A stretch of 64,000 nucleotides of DNA from Amoebophrya sp. A120 (GCA_905178155.1 CAJINV010000004.1:7334548-7398547), one strand, 5' to 3'; shown: positions 12,608 to 25,500, numbered from the stretch's first letter. Made by a program: numbers and translations. Notes: generated by a model not told the origin, from the sequence alone.

Positions 12608-14519
12608 CTATTTATTCAAAACAGCTTCCTGCACCTGCGCCTATGCAATGCAAAAGCATCGTACTAGTATAAATCGCATTACAAATTGACCCAGCATTAC
12701 AAATTGAATTTGTAATGCTGATTTGCCTTGAGAAAGAGATTTGTAATGCATAAATGCAATTAGTACGAGTGCGATACTTTTGCAAAGGATAGCGCCCAGG
12801 TGAACTCGATGTTTCGCGTATCAAAAGGAAAAATCCCCCCTCCCCATATCGAAAAGGAAATCTGTGATGCTGGACTTGCGTACACAAATCAGCCTTGTCT
12901 TGCAGTAGAGGACGGCACGCAGATCGCCAGCTTAGATAGGGGCCTTTTGGTGTAGGCGCCTAGTATGGTAGACGGCTACCCCGTAGTCCATACAGCATTA
13001 CAAATCGCCTGCATGGCGTGGCAAAGCGCCTGGGTTTGCCTTCTCGCAAGACAGACAGGATTTCTGGCCACTAATCTGCATCACAAATTTTCATAAGATA
13101 CGTTTTCAATATGAGGAGGGGAGATTTTTCTCCACAATATCGCGCTTTCTCGGAAAGCGTTTCCTCCATCTTCCGTAACACCCCGAGGTCGCGCGTCTGC
13201 GGCAGCTTGCGCTTCAATTTTAGCAATTCAACTTCCTGTTCTTTCTGTCGGATCTGGTTTTTCAGCTCGACAATTTCTGAGTCGTCGTCGTTTTTGTCCT
13301 CCGCGTCCTCGCCGTGGTGATAAAGTAACTCTTGTCCGCCTCCCATATTGCCAGGTGCAATTTCTTGACGCAGCTTTTTCTCCTCCGGAGGCCCTGGCGA
13401 CGCGGGGCGAATTCTCAACGCCGTCGGGCCATGCTGGTTCTGTCGGTACCGCAATTCTGAATGCGGGGAAGCAGCCGGGGATGATGCAGCTCCACGACTA
13501 CGACCTGGGGAGGTAGAACCGCTCCGGGTTCTTCCACTATGATGTGCTCCTGTCTTCGAACACGACGACTGCTGTTCCTTCTGCAACTTCCTAATCTGCT
13601 GTTCCACAGCCTGGATCCGGTCCCGCAGCGCTGCGGTGCGCGTCTCGTGCTCCGAATCGAGCTCCTGCAAGTGCTGCTGCCAATACAAGTCGGCCTTTTT
13701 GAACGCGTGCTCGAATTCCAGGAAGAGATTCGCTTTTTCTTGCAAGCTGTCCTGCTCGGCAGGTGGTGTGACAAAGGGTTCTTGCTGTTGACCATTTAAT
13801 GTATCCAACGCCTCTGCTACTCCTGCGCCGGACGAGGACACCGATCTCGCGAGAAGATGAACATCGCTCTCCTGTCTAACGCTCTGTTTCGTTTCCATTT
13901 CGACTTCCCGAACCAGGTCTCTGCGGCGCTTCGCGAAGGTAAAATGAGTCTCCTTTTGCTGTTCCGCGAGTAGTTTGCGTTTTATCCGATCCAGCTCCGC
14001 ACGGGAATTTGAATAAAGCGATTCCCTGTACAGAGACACCCCCTCGGGATGGTTGCTGCACGGCTCGTTGATGCCGGTTAACAAGTGCTGGAAGGAAGAC
14101 GTCCGGTGTTCCTGGTCTTCCCGCCACGCAATTGCGCCGCTACGAGCCGCATTTTCGGCGGCTTCGTGGCGAAGGTCCAGCCGGTCGACCATCCTTAAAA
14201 AAATAAACGAAAGCAGTACAATTTGATATTTATTATAGTCGTGGCAAAAGCGGCTACAAAGTGTAAGTAAGTACCCAAGCAGGTGGAAACAAATGATCAT
14301 GTTGAAAGGATGACTTGATAATTCTCTCTTCAAGAAAAGCACGCTGCGCTCGGTGCTTCCGCCAGGTTGCGGGTGGGTATGAGGTGCCACGTCAATCTGC
14401 TCATCTCTCCGAGAAGTATTAGAGGAGGAGGTCTGTCTGTCTCGGTGCAAAATTGTCATGCGACAGAGCAGAACGATGGATGAATGTGACGGGGGCGAAC
14501 AACAAGAAATTATGGTCAT
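12608..14519 (-). CDS. Hypothetical coiled-coil protein (start uncertain)
   Basis: Long E/Q/K-rich ORF; removing introners 12819-13139 and 12642-12791 gives ...EKARNIEFTWAQVQEAVLNK-stop. Confidence 0.7.
12642..12791. mobile_element. Introner family A (150 bp)
   Basis: Family A TIRs; TSD gcgcc; nearly identical to 55742-55891. Confidence 0.92.
12819..13139. mobile_element. Introner family D
   Basis: tatcaaaaggaaaaatccccc...ggggagatttttctccacaata; TSD tcgcg; homologous to 56600-56929. Confidence 0.88.
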
Positions 14520-14652
14520 CTGCTTGACTGATGCTAGCGCAGCAAGGAGATATCTCCGTGGACGAAGTACTTTTCATCCATTCAAATGACGATGCAGTAG
14601 GAGAAAAGCGCGAACATGATGCGGTTAAAAAGTTTTCTATAGCGATTTACTT

Positions 14653-16806
14653 CTAGCTCGCCAGCGGAAAGTACAAGACCGTTTTTATTTCCTCCTCCTT
14701 CAAGTTCTTGTCACTCTTCCTCGGGTCGGTGCAATACTCTTCCCAGCACGGGAATTTTCGCGCCATGGTGAATTCCCCGACCCGCGCCATCGCGTGCGCC
14801 CGACTCCACGCGTTGCCGAGATGGCGGTAGGGTCCGAGATGCGTCATGCTCATGCATTTCTCAAAGAACGGAAGTTGGCGCAAAACCAGCAAATCTGTGT
14901 CGAACGCTGCTAATATGGATCTCGGTGCAACCGGTCGTAGCTTGTCCTTCAGCAACACGTGTCCCTCGCTGGTGGGAGGACAGACGTAACCTTCCTCCTC
15001 GATCTGCTCAGCGGTGTCTAGTTTCACCCGCTGCATTTGTGGCTTTGCTGTTCGCGAGGATTTATAATTTCTGGAGGAAGAGGACATCGTACTAGCTGTA
15101 GCTCCTCCTGGATCTTTATTTGCAGGAGCATCTATGTACTCCTGCACCTTCTTCACCCCAGCCACCTGGTCTTTCAAAAAAACGCCGACGACACACCGAA
15201 TTTTGCCGGAAGCCAGGTCTGTCTTCTCATACAAAGTCGCGTGCGATGGGTACGCGAGCGTGGGGGTAGTACCAGGAATGCTGAGGACTTCACTGATTTT
15301 CCTTTCCACCTTCGGGATTAGCAGGTTCAGCGCGTCGCCAATGTCGGGCAGATAGCACTGCAGCTCCACACCGACCAAACACTTACCTCCAGGGTAGGCT
15401 TCGTAGCACGCGTCGCTAATCTTACACGGAATCGTCGGGGTGAGAAGGGGCATAGGCATTGATGTCGATAAAGATCCTGCTGTAGTGGGCGGGGAGGACT
15501 TCGTTTCAGGAAGTACTATACCACTGTCGTCCCCTTTGTTTCCTTTATCTGAAGACGGTCCGCTCGGGGGACGACGTAGCTGTTGTGTAGTTCGTGCTCG
15601 CGAGGATGCCGCTACCACCAGCTGCTTTCCCGCCGGTGACCTGGAGCAAGACACCGCCGCGTCTTTCAGCAATTTCAGTCCCCGGTCGAAATCCAGTCCG
15701 AAAACGGCAGAGACGAGGGCGTGCAGAAAGGCAAGATAGAAGGGCATCCGGCCCTCCATGAACCAAATCACTTTGGTTCCCGATTTTGTACCGTGTCTTC
15801 CACCGGTCGAAGTCTCCCCCAACGGTATGAAGGCGAAGCGGTAGAGGTAGTCCATCGAAAACGGAGTGAAGGTCTCGACTGCGAATTCGACAGACACCGG
15901 CCCGTCGGTGTTGGCGTACACCTCGCGCAGGGCACCGGAACCTGAGTGATTATCCTTTCTTTCTATGGGACGGCACAAAATCAAAATATGTCATGCTATT
16001 CATTGCCTTTGCGGGCAGGTGAGATACTATGTATAGCTGCAGCGGAAAAAATTCATTATGTTCGCTGCTACAAAACAAGAACACATACACCAATCTAAGT
16101 ACTAGTACTTACCTATCCTTCGGCCCTTCCAGGTCAATTTTTCCCCGCCCCCGCTGACCCCAGGCGTCGTCGTGCTGCCTGCTTGCACTATCTCGATTTC
16201 CGCCTCGGGATCCAGGATGAACCAGGGGGACCAGTATTTCCAATATTGGAAATCCCGGACAAGGGTCTCGACAATAACCGGGTATCCACTGCAAAAGTAT
16301 CGTACTCCTATGTATTGCAAATATGCATGACAAATTTAGCTTCCTACCTGAATCTACATTACAAGTTCCAATTTTCTTCTTGAAAAAATTTGTCATGCAA
16401 TTTGTACTAGTACAATGCTTTTGCTATGCATACTGGGTCGACATCCTCGATTTCGATGACCTTCTGCACCTTCATATGGCGTTCTCAACTGTTACATTCT
16501 CAACTGTTACACGAATTTGTGATGCAAGAATAGCAAAAGTCAAAGGGGGGAGGCTGCACACTTAGCATTACAAACTTCGCACAGATTGAGGTGCTGTTTA
16601 GCTCTTCGCAAATTTGTCATGCGAAGCAGCTTGATCGTGTGGATGATGATACTGCTTTTGCATTACAAATTCATGTAACAGTTGAGAATGTAACGTTTGA
16701 GAACGCCATACTTCAACTTCGCGTACTTCCAGCAGACGGCGAAGAGGCCGATTAGGCCCACGACAAAGGAGACGACGAGCGAGTAGAAATCGACGGGAAG
16801 GAGCAT
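14653..16806 (-). CDS. SRPBCC (START-like) + GyrI-like small-molecule-binding domain protein with an N-terminal TM segment
   Basis: Spliced product has VQKVIEI...LVRDFQYWKYWSPWFILDPEA...LTWKG (SRPBCC-like) and C-terminal HLGPYRHLGNAWSRA...CWEEYCTDP...IKTVLYFPL (GyrI-like). Confidence 0.8.
16283..16432. mobile_element. Introner family A
   Basis: tatccactgcaaaagt...cttttgctatgcata; TSD ccggg/ctggg. Confidence 0.85.
16475..16710. mobile_element. Introner family E
   Basis: TIR tatggcgttctcaa / ttgagaacgccata with subterminal ttctcaactgttaca repeats; TSD cttca; precise removal gives AKLK|VQKV. Confidence 0.9.
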
Positions 16807-17713
16807 GACTTTGATGTGGGGTTTAGTTGACACGTAGCAGAAGTTGAAAATTCGCGAAGCCACTCTGGAGAAGCATTCGAGAGCGAAAAACAAAATTTCA
16901 AATCATGGAGGTTATACATAGCAGACATAGAACTACTTCTTCAGGCAAGGTGTACAGCCGAAAATTGACACGTCAAGTTTATTATAAACAAGGTAGAGGG
17001 CGGAAAGGCGAAGGCCTTCCAAAATCAATGGGTGCTTATAATGGGATCTGCAGTACATCATCATGCGTGCCATCAAAGAAAAGGAAAATGAAAAAATTGA
17101 TCACGACTCCGTGAAGATGATCAAAAAGAAAAAAGTTCGTCGCGACAGGGACAGGTGCAGTCTACCAATGAATAAGCATATAGCAAAGCCAAACCCTCTC
17201 CCTCAACTTCAACAAATATGAAATCCGCTCTTTTCTCTTCCACCGGTGCACTACAACAGGGGGCACTTTGTTCCATAGTTTAGATAAGTATCTGCTAAAA
17301 ATGGTCGCGGACAGCTGTATCGACAAACCAGACGATGACCATGCTTACCTGAAAAAAATCTCACGCGCTTCCGCAAGCCGAATCCTAGGCCACCTTGCTT
17401 CATGAACATGACGTCAGATGGGCTGTACATCGATCATGATAAACAACAAGCCCGTGAGAAAAAAAATCTCGGTGGACATATCAACCAAATACGCGACGAC
17501 GAGAGCGCGCTTATTTGTTCAATTGTCAAAAGTAAAAACATTCTGAGTTATTAACCAAAACTTGTGCTACTTACTTCATCCTCCTCCTGTGATGATGGTC
17601 GTCTTGCTCGGGTGGCATAAAAAAGACGAAACAAAGCGAAACAGAAACTTACTGTTTTTTTTTTCAATCTTGCGTTTTATTCCTATTGTGTAAAGTTCCT
17701 CCTTTGTGTTTCT

Positions 17714-19840
17714 TTATGTCAGGTCCGCACTGAGCAGGTTCGGTTCCGACGCCGAGCCAGCGTTCCGGCGTTTTTGACTACTGACCAGCTGCCGCGCAAA
17801 ACCGTTCAGCACTCGCGACCCGCGCATTTGCTCCTCAGTGCCAGGCTTCGACATCAAAGCGTCCATGAGCATCTTGCGGCGGTAACTGAAGAAATTTGTG
17901 ATGCTAATCATCGTAATGCATTGTAGCATCGCGTGGAGCACTATGCATGACAAAAAAAAACAGAAGAATCAATACGAGCTGACGCGAAGAGGAAATCCAA
18001 GTTCTTCGTCGCCGAGGACGCCGGACATCATGTTTTTCAGGATCCACAAAACCCTTTTCCGGTGCTCTTCTCCCTTCTTTGATTGCGACGTGCAGGAGAG
18101 CATCTGGAGGAAATCTGCGAACGACGTTATCCCTCCTTTCGGCAGAATACGAAGCAGCTGCTGCCGACTCTCGCATAGCCCGAAAGCTGTGGGAAAGGAA
18201 GAGACCAAATTATAGAAGCTTGTCATGCAGAAGGAGGCTGCGAACGCTTTGCGATGCCGATGTCAATGTCGCAATACAATCAAATCCAAAACTAGACTCA
18301 TCCACTAGAGCTAGATGAAGAGAGAGTAAGAGACTGAATCCAATTTCTCAGATTGTAAACCTTTACCGACGAAGAAGTCTTCTATGCTGGCGACCGGGTT
18401 GTTTGCGAGCGTGTCGTAGTATCGCTTGAGTTATGCATCGCAAAAGTCAAATTTTCGCACTGACTAGTACTATAAATCGCATCACAAATCATGTTTCTAT
18501 TCATGATGAATAGATAACATGATTTGTAATGCGGAGTTGCCTCAAGAAAGAGATTTGCAATGCATGACTGCAATTAGAAGTACGAGTACGAGACTTTTGC
18601 AGCGCATATGAGTTTGTGAACTGCAAAAGTATCGTACTCGTATAAATGCATTACAAATTTCCTCAGCATGAAAGGTAAAATTTGTAATGCTGATTTAACT
18701 TAAGAGAAAGATTTGTAATGCATGACTGCAATACGAGTACGATACTTTTGCACAGGATAGAGTTTGTGCCGCTCGCTGGTGGAAAAGTCCGTGTACTCCG
18801 GCTTCCCACGGTATTTCAGCCACCGGCATCAAGTGCAAATATGTCTGGGTCTGGAAGGGTCCAACTTGTGATGCTGTCTTTGGATTCTAAAAGCGTCTGT
18901 ATTGCATGACCAGCAAGAGGAGTCCAGTTTGTGCTACGCGGGGAGGGCATTTGTCATGCGTAATAGGCATCAGGAAGCCTTCTAAAAATCAGTGATCCTA
19001 GGTCATGCATTACAGGCGTCATGGATCATGCAAAACATGCATGACAAACCTTACATCCTTCCAGACCGAGACATATTTGCAATGCATAACCGGTCACGCT
19101 GGTCTTTCACCAGCAGCGAATGTGGGTCGTCGATCAGGGCCTTCCCGGCGTTGCGCAGCGCACTGCTGCTTTGACTGCGGTCGTTCGGCATCTCTTCTCT
19201 ACTTTTGGATGTCGCGAAAGCTGCTTTTGTCTATATATAGTACTTCGGAGGCTGATGTTCAGATGCTTGTTCGGTTCCAGAATACACATGCTACTACACC
19301 AGTGTTTTCTCTCGCAATCGACACGCAATAGTGCACGAGCGCGCCGCCGAAGAACCCCGATGTTATTATGGCACGAAGACTCGTCGAATTTCGGAAAAAA
19401 TCAGAATGCAAGCCTCACTTTCTCTCTTCAGAGCAAGCCCTCCTTGCAGTTCCTCCACATAATTTTCTGCCGAGTTATTTCACCACGAACTTGTCGAAAA
19501 AATGAACTACACGCGAAAGAAACGACGATCGAAGAGAACGCTGAGGGGCATCAACTGACAGGTCCACCAAACGAGAGGAGGAGCCGGAAATTTTTCCAGT
19601 ACTGCCAACGCCTCGAGATGATAAAAGCTACGTTGTAATTTGAAGATTGAAGAACTTTTCTTGCCCTGCCGTGCTTCTTCGTGGTGGTTGTTTATTTCTA
19701 TTTCATGCCCTACTGCTCCATCACGGAAAATGCAAGCGCAACTTTGATTTAGTACTGACAAAAGGCCAGCACAATAAACAGTTGTTACCTCAGCATTCCC
19801 GTTCTGCAGGAGGTCCTGACGTCTCAAGAATAAACATTTG
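17714..19840 (-). CDS. Hypothetical protein, probably a degenerate EF-hand protein; multi-exon (start approximate)
   Basis: Exons RWLKYRGKPEYTDFSTSERHKL / KRYYDTLA / FGLCESRQQLLRILPKGGITSFADFLQML / YRRKMLMDALM; these exons are conserved in the diverged copy at 33171-34861. Confidence 0.6.
18432..18608. mobile_element. Introner family A
   Basis: TIRs; TSD tgagt. Confidence 0.85.
18615..18759. mobile_element. Introner family A, 6 nt from the previous copy
   Basis: tgtgaactgcaaaagtatcg...cgatacttttgcacaggata; TSD gagtt; the site is empty in the paralogous copy. Confidence 0.88.
18827..19088. mobile_element. Introner family B
   Basis: Family B TIRs (left end cat instead of tat); TSD accgg. Confidence 0.88.
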
Positions 19841-20216
19841 CCCATACGACAGGTGGAGCACAACATGACGTAGAATGTGAAGATGAACCACATCAAGCTG
19901 CAACAAGCCTCAAGGAATTAGCACAACTAGAAATTTATTTCGACGTTTACTTTTACCGCTCCTGCTTCACATTTTTTCTACAACTACACACGTCAAAGTG
20001 CGTAGCTGGGTTAAGGTTTGATTCAAGCAAAAACTGTGATTCTATTTGTGGTTACAACTTAGCTACCGTACTACTGCTACCGGTTGTAGCTGTTTGTTAA
20101 AAAGTACTAGGATGTATCTTGAGGGTGAAATTGTATGTATTGATCCAAGTGAAAGTAAGCATGATAAGCTCCAGCTGCAGCTCCTTCGCTGCTGCAGCTC
20201 AGTCGTGGCCCTCGCT

Positions 20217-21694
20217 TTAGAACAGAATATCCTTGTCCTTTTGCGGAATGAAGCTCGGGGGATTCATCATTCCCAACTGCGGCATCGCTGTTTTGTTATA
20301 TTTTTATAAGCATGTTAGTTTTTTAATTGCAGTCATGCATTACAGATCTCGTTCCCAAGGCAACTCAGCATGACAAATTGCATTTGTCATGCTGAGGGAA
20401 TTTGTCATGCAATTCATACTAGTACGATACTTTTGCAGTTCATAAAATATAGTACCAATCGACCCCATGGTGCTTGTTCTCTGCGGAGCTGGCTTTGCGA
20501 CTGGCGCCGCGCCGCCCTGTGCGGCCATCATCGCGGCCAATTCCTTTGCGTGTCGCTGTTTCTTCTTCTCCACCACCTTCTTCACGCGGAAAAACTCCTC
20601 ACGCTATGCAGATTGCAAAAAGTACTCCGTAGCCGTACGTAGGTTCAGGTTGTATGGTACAAATTGCATGACAAATTTTGGCAAAAAGGAAAATTGGATC
20701 TGTTTCGCTGATAAAGTTGGAAAGCATCTATCTGTCATGCAAGAAATTGCAATTCATTTACGATTGAACGATCAATTTTTGCACGGAATACACGCTCCAT
20801 TTCGTCCATCTCACCCTTCACCCACTGCATCGTCTCCTCCAATCGCGGTATCACGACACACCTAAAATTAAAAAGTATTTCGTTATAACTTGTCATGCGC
20901 TTTTTGGAAAAGACACCATCCTTACACGTTGCCATTTCGCATGACAAACTGAACAATTCGGCTGCAAAAAGAAGCCGTAAATAGCACTCCAGAGAGTTCA
21001 CGCGGCGACTGGTCATCTTGATTTCCTCATCCAGGGTCTTGAACATCGTCTGTAAACTGGCCATCTGGATCAATAACTGCAAAGCGATTCGGTGCTGGTC
21101 TCGACAACTCTGGATCACCTGGCCACCGCACCCGATTCCCAAGCTATCGGTACTGGCATCCTTTGCGGCGTCGTGGAGCATAGTGAACCGCGGGAGCTGG
21201 ACCTGATAATCATAATCATCCATCAGAGCATAGAACGGCCGCGATGCGTCTTGAAGATGAGCATGATACTAGCGACAATTTTCAATTTCAATGCATGACA
21301 ATTCTGCATAACGGAAACGGTAACAAGCAAGGAAAAAAATGGTCAACGCAAGTTGCACTAAAGTGCTATCGAAATAATTATCATCTAGTACCCCTGCACA
21401 GTTCTCCGCCTTCATGGTGATGGTGATCGACGGCTTTTTCACCCGGTTCAGCACAGCCTGACTGAATTCCGAGTCACTCGCGTATTCCGCTTTCGCGTAG
21501 CTAAAAGCGCAGTCCAGCACCATCGCCCCGACCGCCTTCTTGCACTCGATAATCTCGTGCAACATCGCCTGAAACCGCGTCTTCAGCGCGTCGCGCTTCT
21601 TTTTCAGCAAACCATACCCTTTTTTCGCGCCGACGATGCGCGCCTTGAACTGCAAAAGGGTGGAACGGTTTGCGGCCGGCTTCTGACCCGACAT
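20217..21694 (-). CDS. ATP6V1D: V-type proton ATPase subunit D, multi-exon
   Basis: KARIVGAKKGYGLLKKKRDAL, ENCAGVQLP, GGQVIQ, MASLQTMFKTLDEEIKMTSRRVNSLECVVIPRLE, DEMEREEFFRVKKV and C-terminal DKDILF are hallmark Vma8/subunit D motifs. Confidence 0.95.
20605..20790. mobile_element. Diverged introner in the V-ATPase D gene
   Basis: tatgcagattgcaaaaa...tttttgcacggaata; TSD cacgc; precise removal restores DEMER|EEFFR. Confidence 0.85.
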
Positions 21695-22593
21695 TTTCGA
21701 GGGGGTCCTCTTAACTCAGCTTTACGTTTTTTGATGTTCTTCTGCGGTGCCAACTATAAACTCAGAGCGCGTTGTTCCGATTTTCTGGAAATCTTAATCT
21801 CGTTCTCACTGTTATGCCAATGCACGTCCACCCGTGCTAAAATAACGAACGAAAGAACACAACTTAAGTACTACTTACGTGATGGTGGAATTTAATTCGT
21901 GGACCATACATGATGTTCGTTGGTTCGCTCTCCAAAGTACGTAGAACAGAAAGTTGGCAGAAACTACAAAAACGTGCTGTTTCGTGAGTTCTTCACGTCT
22001 TGATAATGATACCTTGATGGTGGAACATCAAGGTAAGAAAAAACAAATCATCAGTGCCAAGACGTGGAAGTAATACGTAAGATTAAAGTACCAGGACGTT
22101 GGTGGAAGCGGAAGATGTCGGGTGTTGAAACGGAAAAAAATAATGGCACATTTTTCATTGAACACAAACAGCTATGTACACACTCAACATGCTCGAATTA
22201 GACGAAGGTCGTCATTCTGCCTGAGGCTGAGCGTCGATGTTGCGCAAGAATTATGCGTGCAGTTACTGGCGCTAGATGTTGCGCCGATTGTAATTGCTTA
22301 TATCTCGTCGTCGTGTCAGGAGGAAAGAGTTGCTCGTCTCAATTTCTTCAAAACATTCATGAATGCCATGTCCAATCCATATCCAATGAATTCGAAGCCA
22401 ACTATGGGAGACGACGTTCAACAAATTCAATATCGATAGGCGTACACTTGGTGTTGAGAGCAAGGGGAGAAAGTCGTCATTAGTTTTTCTTTTTCATGAA
22501 TCCTTGTATAAACATAAACATAAAGTAGGTACAACCCATGACGTAGTTGTAAACCGAACCCTTGTGAAGCCAGCATGAGCATGTGAAAGTGTT

Positions 22594-25500
22594 TTACATT
22601 ATGTTGATCACACTACTGCAGCTCCCTCCACCCCCACCACCGCCGTGTTCCAACACAGACTGCAATTGCAGTTCAAAGTTCACGAACACGTCCTCCTCCC
22701 AGACCTTACTCGCAGTCGACTGAAGAAACAGGTGGAATTTCGGTCCGCGCAGGTGCCGGAAACAATTCACGATGAGTGCGCGGTAGTCTACTACTTGTTG
22801 TGGTGCTTGTTGTTGATGTCCCTGAAGTTCTTGCAGCTGCTGTTGTCCACCGCGCGCGCCCGTAGAGGGTGTACTAGCACTACTTCTACTTGGAGAAACC
22901 TTTTGTCGCAACGGTCCGCTGCGGATCATATGTGCCGCTGAACAAATGGTCGGCGCGCCACTAGTACTAGCACCACCTCCCTTTAGCGCGGCTTGTTGCT
23001 GCTCCACATCGTTCCCTTCCTGGAGCAAATACTCGGCGAGCAGATCGAAAAATACTTGGCCGTAATCCGCTTGCAAGGCTTCGAAAATGCCATTCCGGAT
23101 TCCGTTGCAACTGCTGGGCCACCCGTGGTATGTTTCCAACACTGTGAAAACGATGCGCTTTAACAGGGGAATCGGCGAGACGAGTTGGTGCTGTGAGGGT
23201 TGTCCTCCTTGTTGGACCTGCTCCACGAGGACAAAGTGTTCTTTACAACCGCCGAGCAGTCGCTCCAGCATTTGCAGAAACGAGCGGAAACAGGACTGAA
23301 TGGTCGCAAAATCTTCGTACATTCGGCTTGCAGCGGTTGTAGTTCCCGCACCGGATCTTCCCAGCAATGCGTTCGCTAAATTCATCTTCGACGGCGGTGT
23401 CAATTCCCGTTGTAACAACGCAACGGAGATATTGCTGTCGAGATTGGACGAACACTTCTCCGAGGAGAGGCCCTTCCCAAAGTTATTTCCCCCGACAAGG
23501 CCGGTGGGACTCGACATCTTTTGCTTGGCGGTGTCTGTTTGGTAGTTCCGAAGCTTGAAATCCTTTTCTAGGAAGTTCAGAATCCGCTCCAGAATGAACT
23601 GAAACCAGTGGTTCCCCAGGGAAAGAATTGCGGCGGAAGCGGTGGTCGTATTTATTTCAAGGCCTCCTGGTCCTGTAGTAGTCGTCGTGCTGGGCTGCTG
23701 TAGTAGTTGCCGTGCATTCGGAGCGAAAGTAGAGCTCAGGCCAGATAATCCAGCATCCTTTCTACTCCCGCCCCCGCCGAGCCTGTGTGCCTTCGTCTTC
23801 GTTGACTTCGGGGCGCACTTGTTAATCCAAGCGAGGAGTATATCGCACGAAAAAACTGTTTCACTGTGGTGATTTTGCAGAATCAGCATCACAAGTTGGT
23901 TACGCATGACACTAAAAATCTGCCATGCGGGGTTGCCAAGGGAAAACACAGCTAGAAATCCATTGTCTTGCATGTGTAGCATGACACACACTTCTCCGGT
24001 CCATTTTCTGCATCACAAGTTCACAGTGAAACAGTTTTTTCTTGCGATAGAGTAGGTCGCAGATCGGCAGCAGAAATTTCGGCGAGTGTTCGTCCAGGTT
24101 GAGGGGCGCGAGCATGGGGTAGAGCTTTTCGTTCATCAAAGGTTTGAAAAACTCGTGCTCGAAAGTTGATGTGCTTGTTGTGGTATCCTGTGCAAAAGTA
24201 TCGTACTCGTATTGTAATCATGCATTACAAATCCAGTTCTTAAGGCAAATTAGCATTACAAATTTTATTTCTCATGCTGAGGAAATTTGTAATGCATTTA
24301 TACGGGTGCGATACTTTTGCAATTCATATGTGGCAGCCGCTTGGTTTGTGGTTGTTCCTTGTCCGTGTGGTCCAGCCGGCGCATAAAAACTAGTACTTGA
24401 CGCAGCCCCACCTAGAAGTCCTCCGGCCACCAAAATCCCCTTCTGTAACCCGTCTGTGAGCAGCAAGGCGAGGAAGATTGGGTGGCGGATCCGGGTCAGA
24501 GAGTGGAGGAGGGTTTGCGTTAGAAAGTCGGTTAGGAGGCACGAATTTTCTGTCTGTGCGTTGCTGGTGTCACCGACGCCGCCAGGTGGTGTAGTTGGAC
24601 TTGCATTGTTGAACAGGCTCGCGCTACTGCTCGAACTTAAACCTGAAATCATCTTCGCACCACCTGCTACCGCACTACTACCAGTACCAGTACTAGCACT
24701 CGTCCGGGCCTTCCCGAGCAAATCGAAAAGGCACTGGTAAAAATGTCTGCTGGCGTTCACCAAGTAGAATTCCAATTTCGACGCGTCAAAATCCTCCAAT
24801 TCTTTTCTCAAATCCTCGTCGGAAATCGTGAAATCCTCCACGTTAGTCAGGCTGCAGGCCTCGTATAACAGTGCACACCCCCCCCTCCCCCTCATTTGTC
24901 ATGCAAAATACTCAATCCACCCTTTGCTTCTTGGCACTGTTTGCATGACAAGTTCTGGTAGCCCAAGTAGCACTACAATCCAGCGCAAATCTGTCATGCA
25001 AAACTGGCATTCTTGCTGATGCTTGTATTGCCGTTAATGCTATACAAATGAGGGGGAGGGGGAGTTGTGCACTGTTATACCTCGGTGAGGAAATTCAAGA
25101 ACCAAGTCGTCGAGGCACGACCACTCGCAGAATTGAAATTATGTTGAGGAGCTGCAGCGGAAGTAGACACTATTGTTGTTGAGCCGTCTCCTTTTTGTAG
25201 TAGTGCTACCGGTCGGCGTNCGAACAAGAGGGTGGGAATCCAGACCGAATTGCAAATCCGAAAAACAGGAAAATGCAGCAGGTGCCACACTCATGTCGAT
25301 GATCCAGATCCATATAATTTATTGAGAAGGGATCCGGGTCAGAGAGTGGAGGAGGGTTTGCGTTAGAAAGTCGGTTAGGAGGCACGAATTTTCTGTCTGT
25401 GCGTTGCTGGTGTCACCGACGCCGCCAGGTGGTGTAGTTGGACTTGCATTGTTGAACAGGCTCGCGCTACTGCTCGAACTTAAACCTGAAATCATCTTCG

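Noticed and set aside
24487-25330. Apparent tandem duplication inside the importin-like gene, including part of the junction sequence (25221-25330)
   Set aside because: It straddles a single N at 25220. The left part carries the variants and tail of the 35711-36441 copy, and the right part starts with that copy's left flank. This is what swapped flanks at a scaffold join would look like, so it is probably an assembly artefact.
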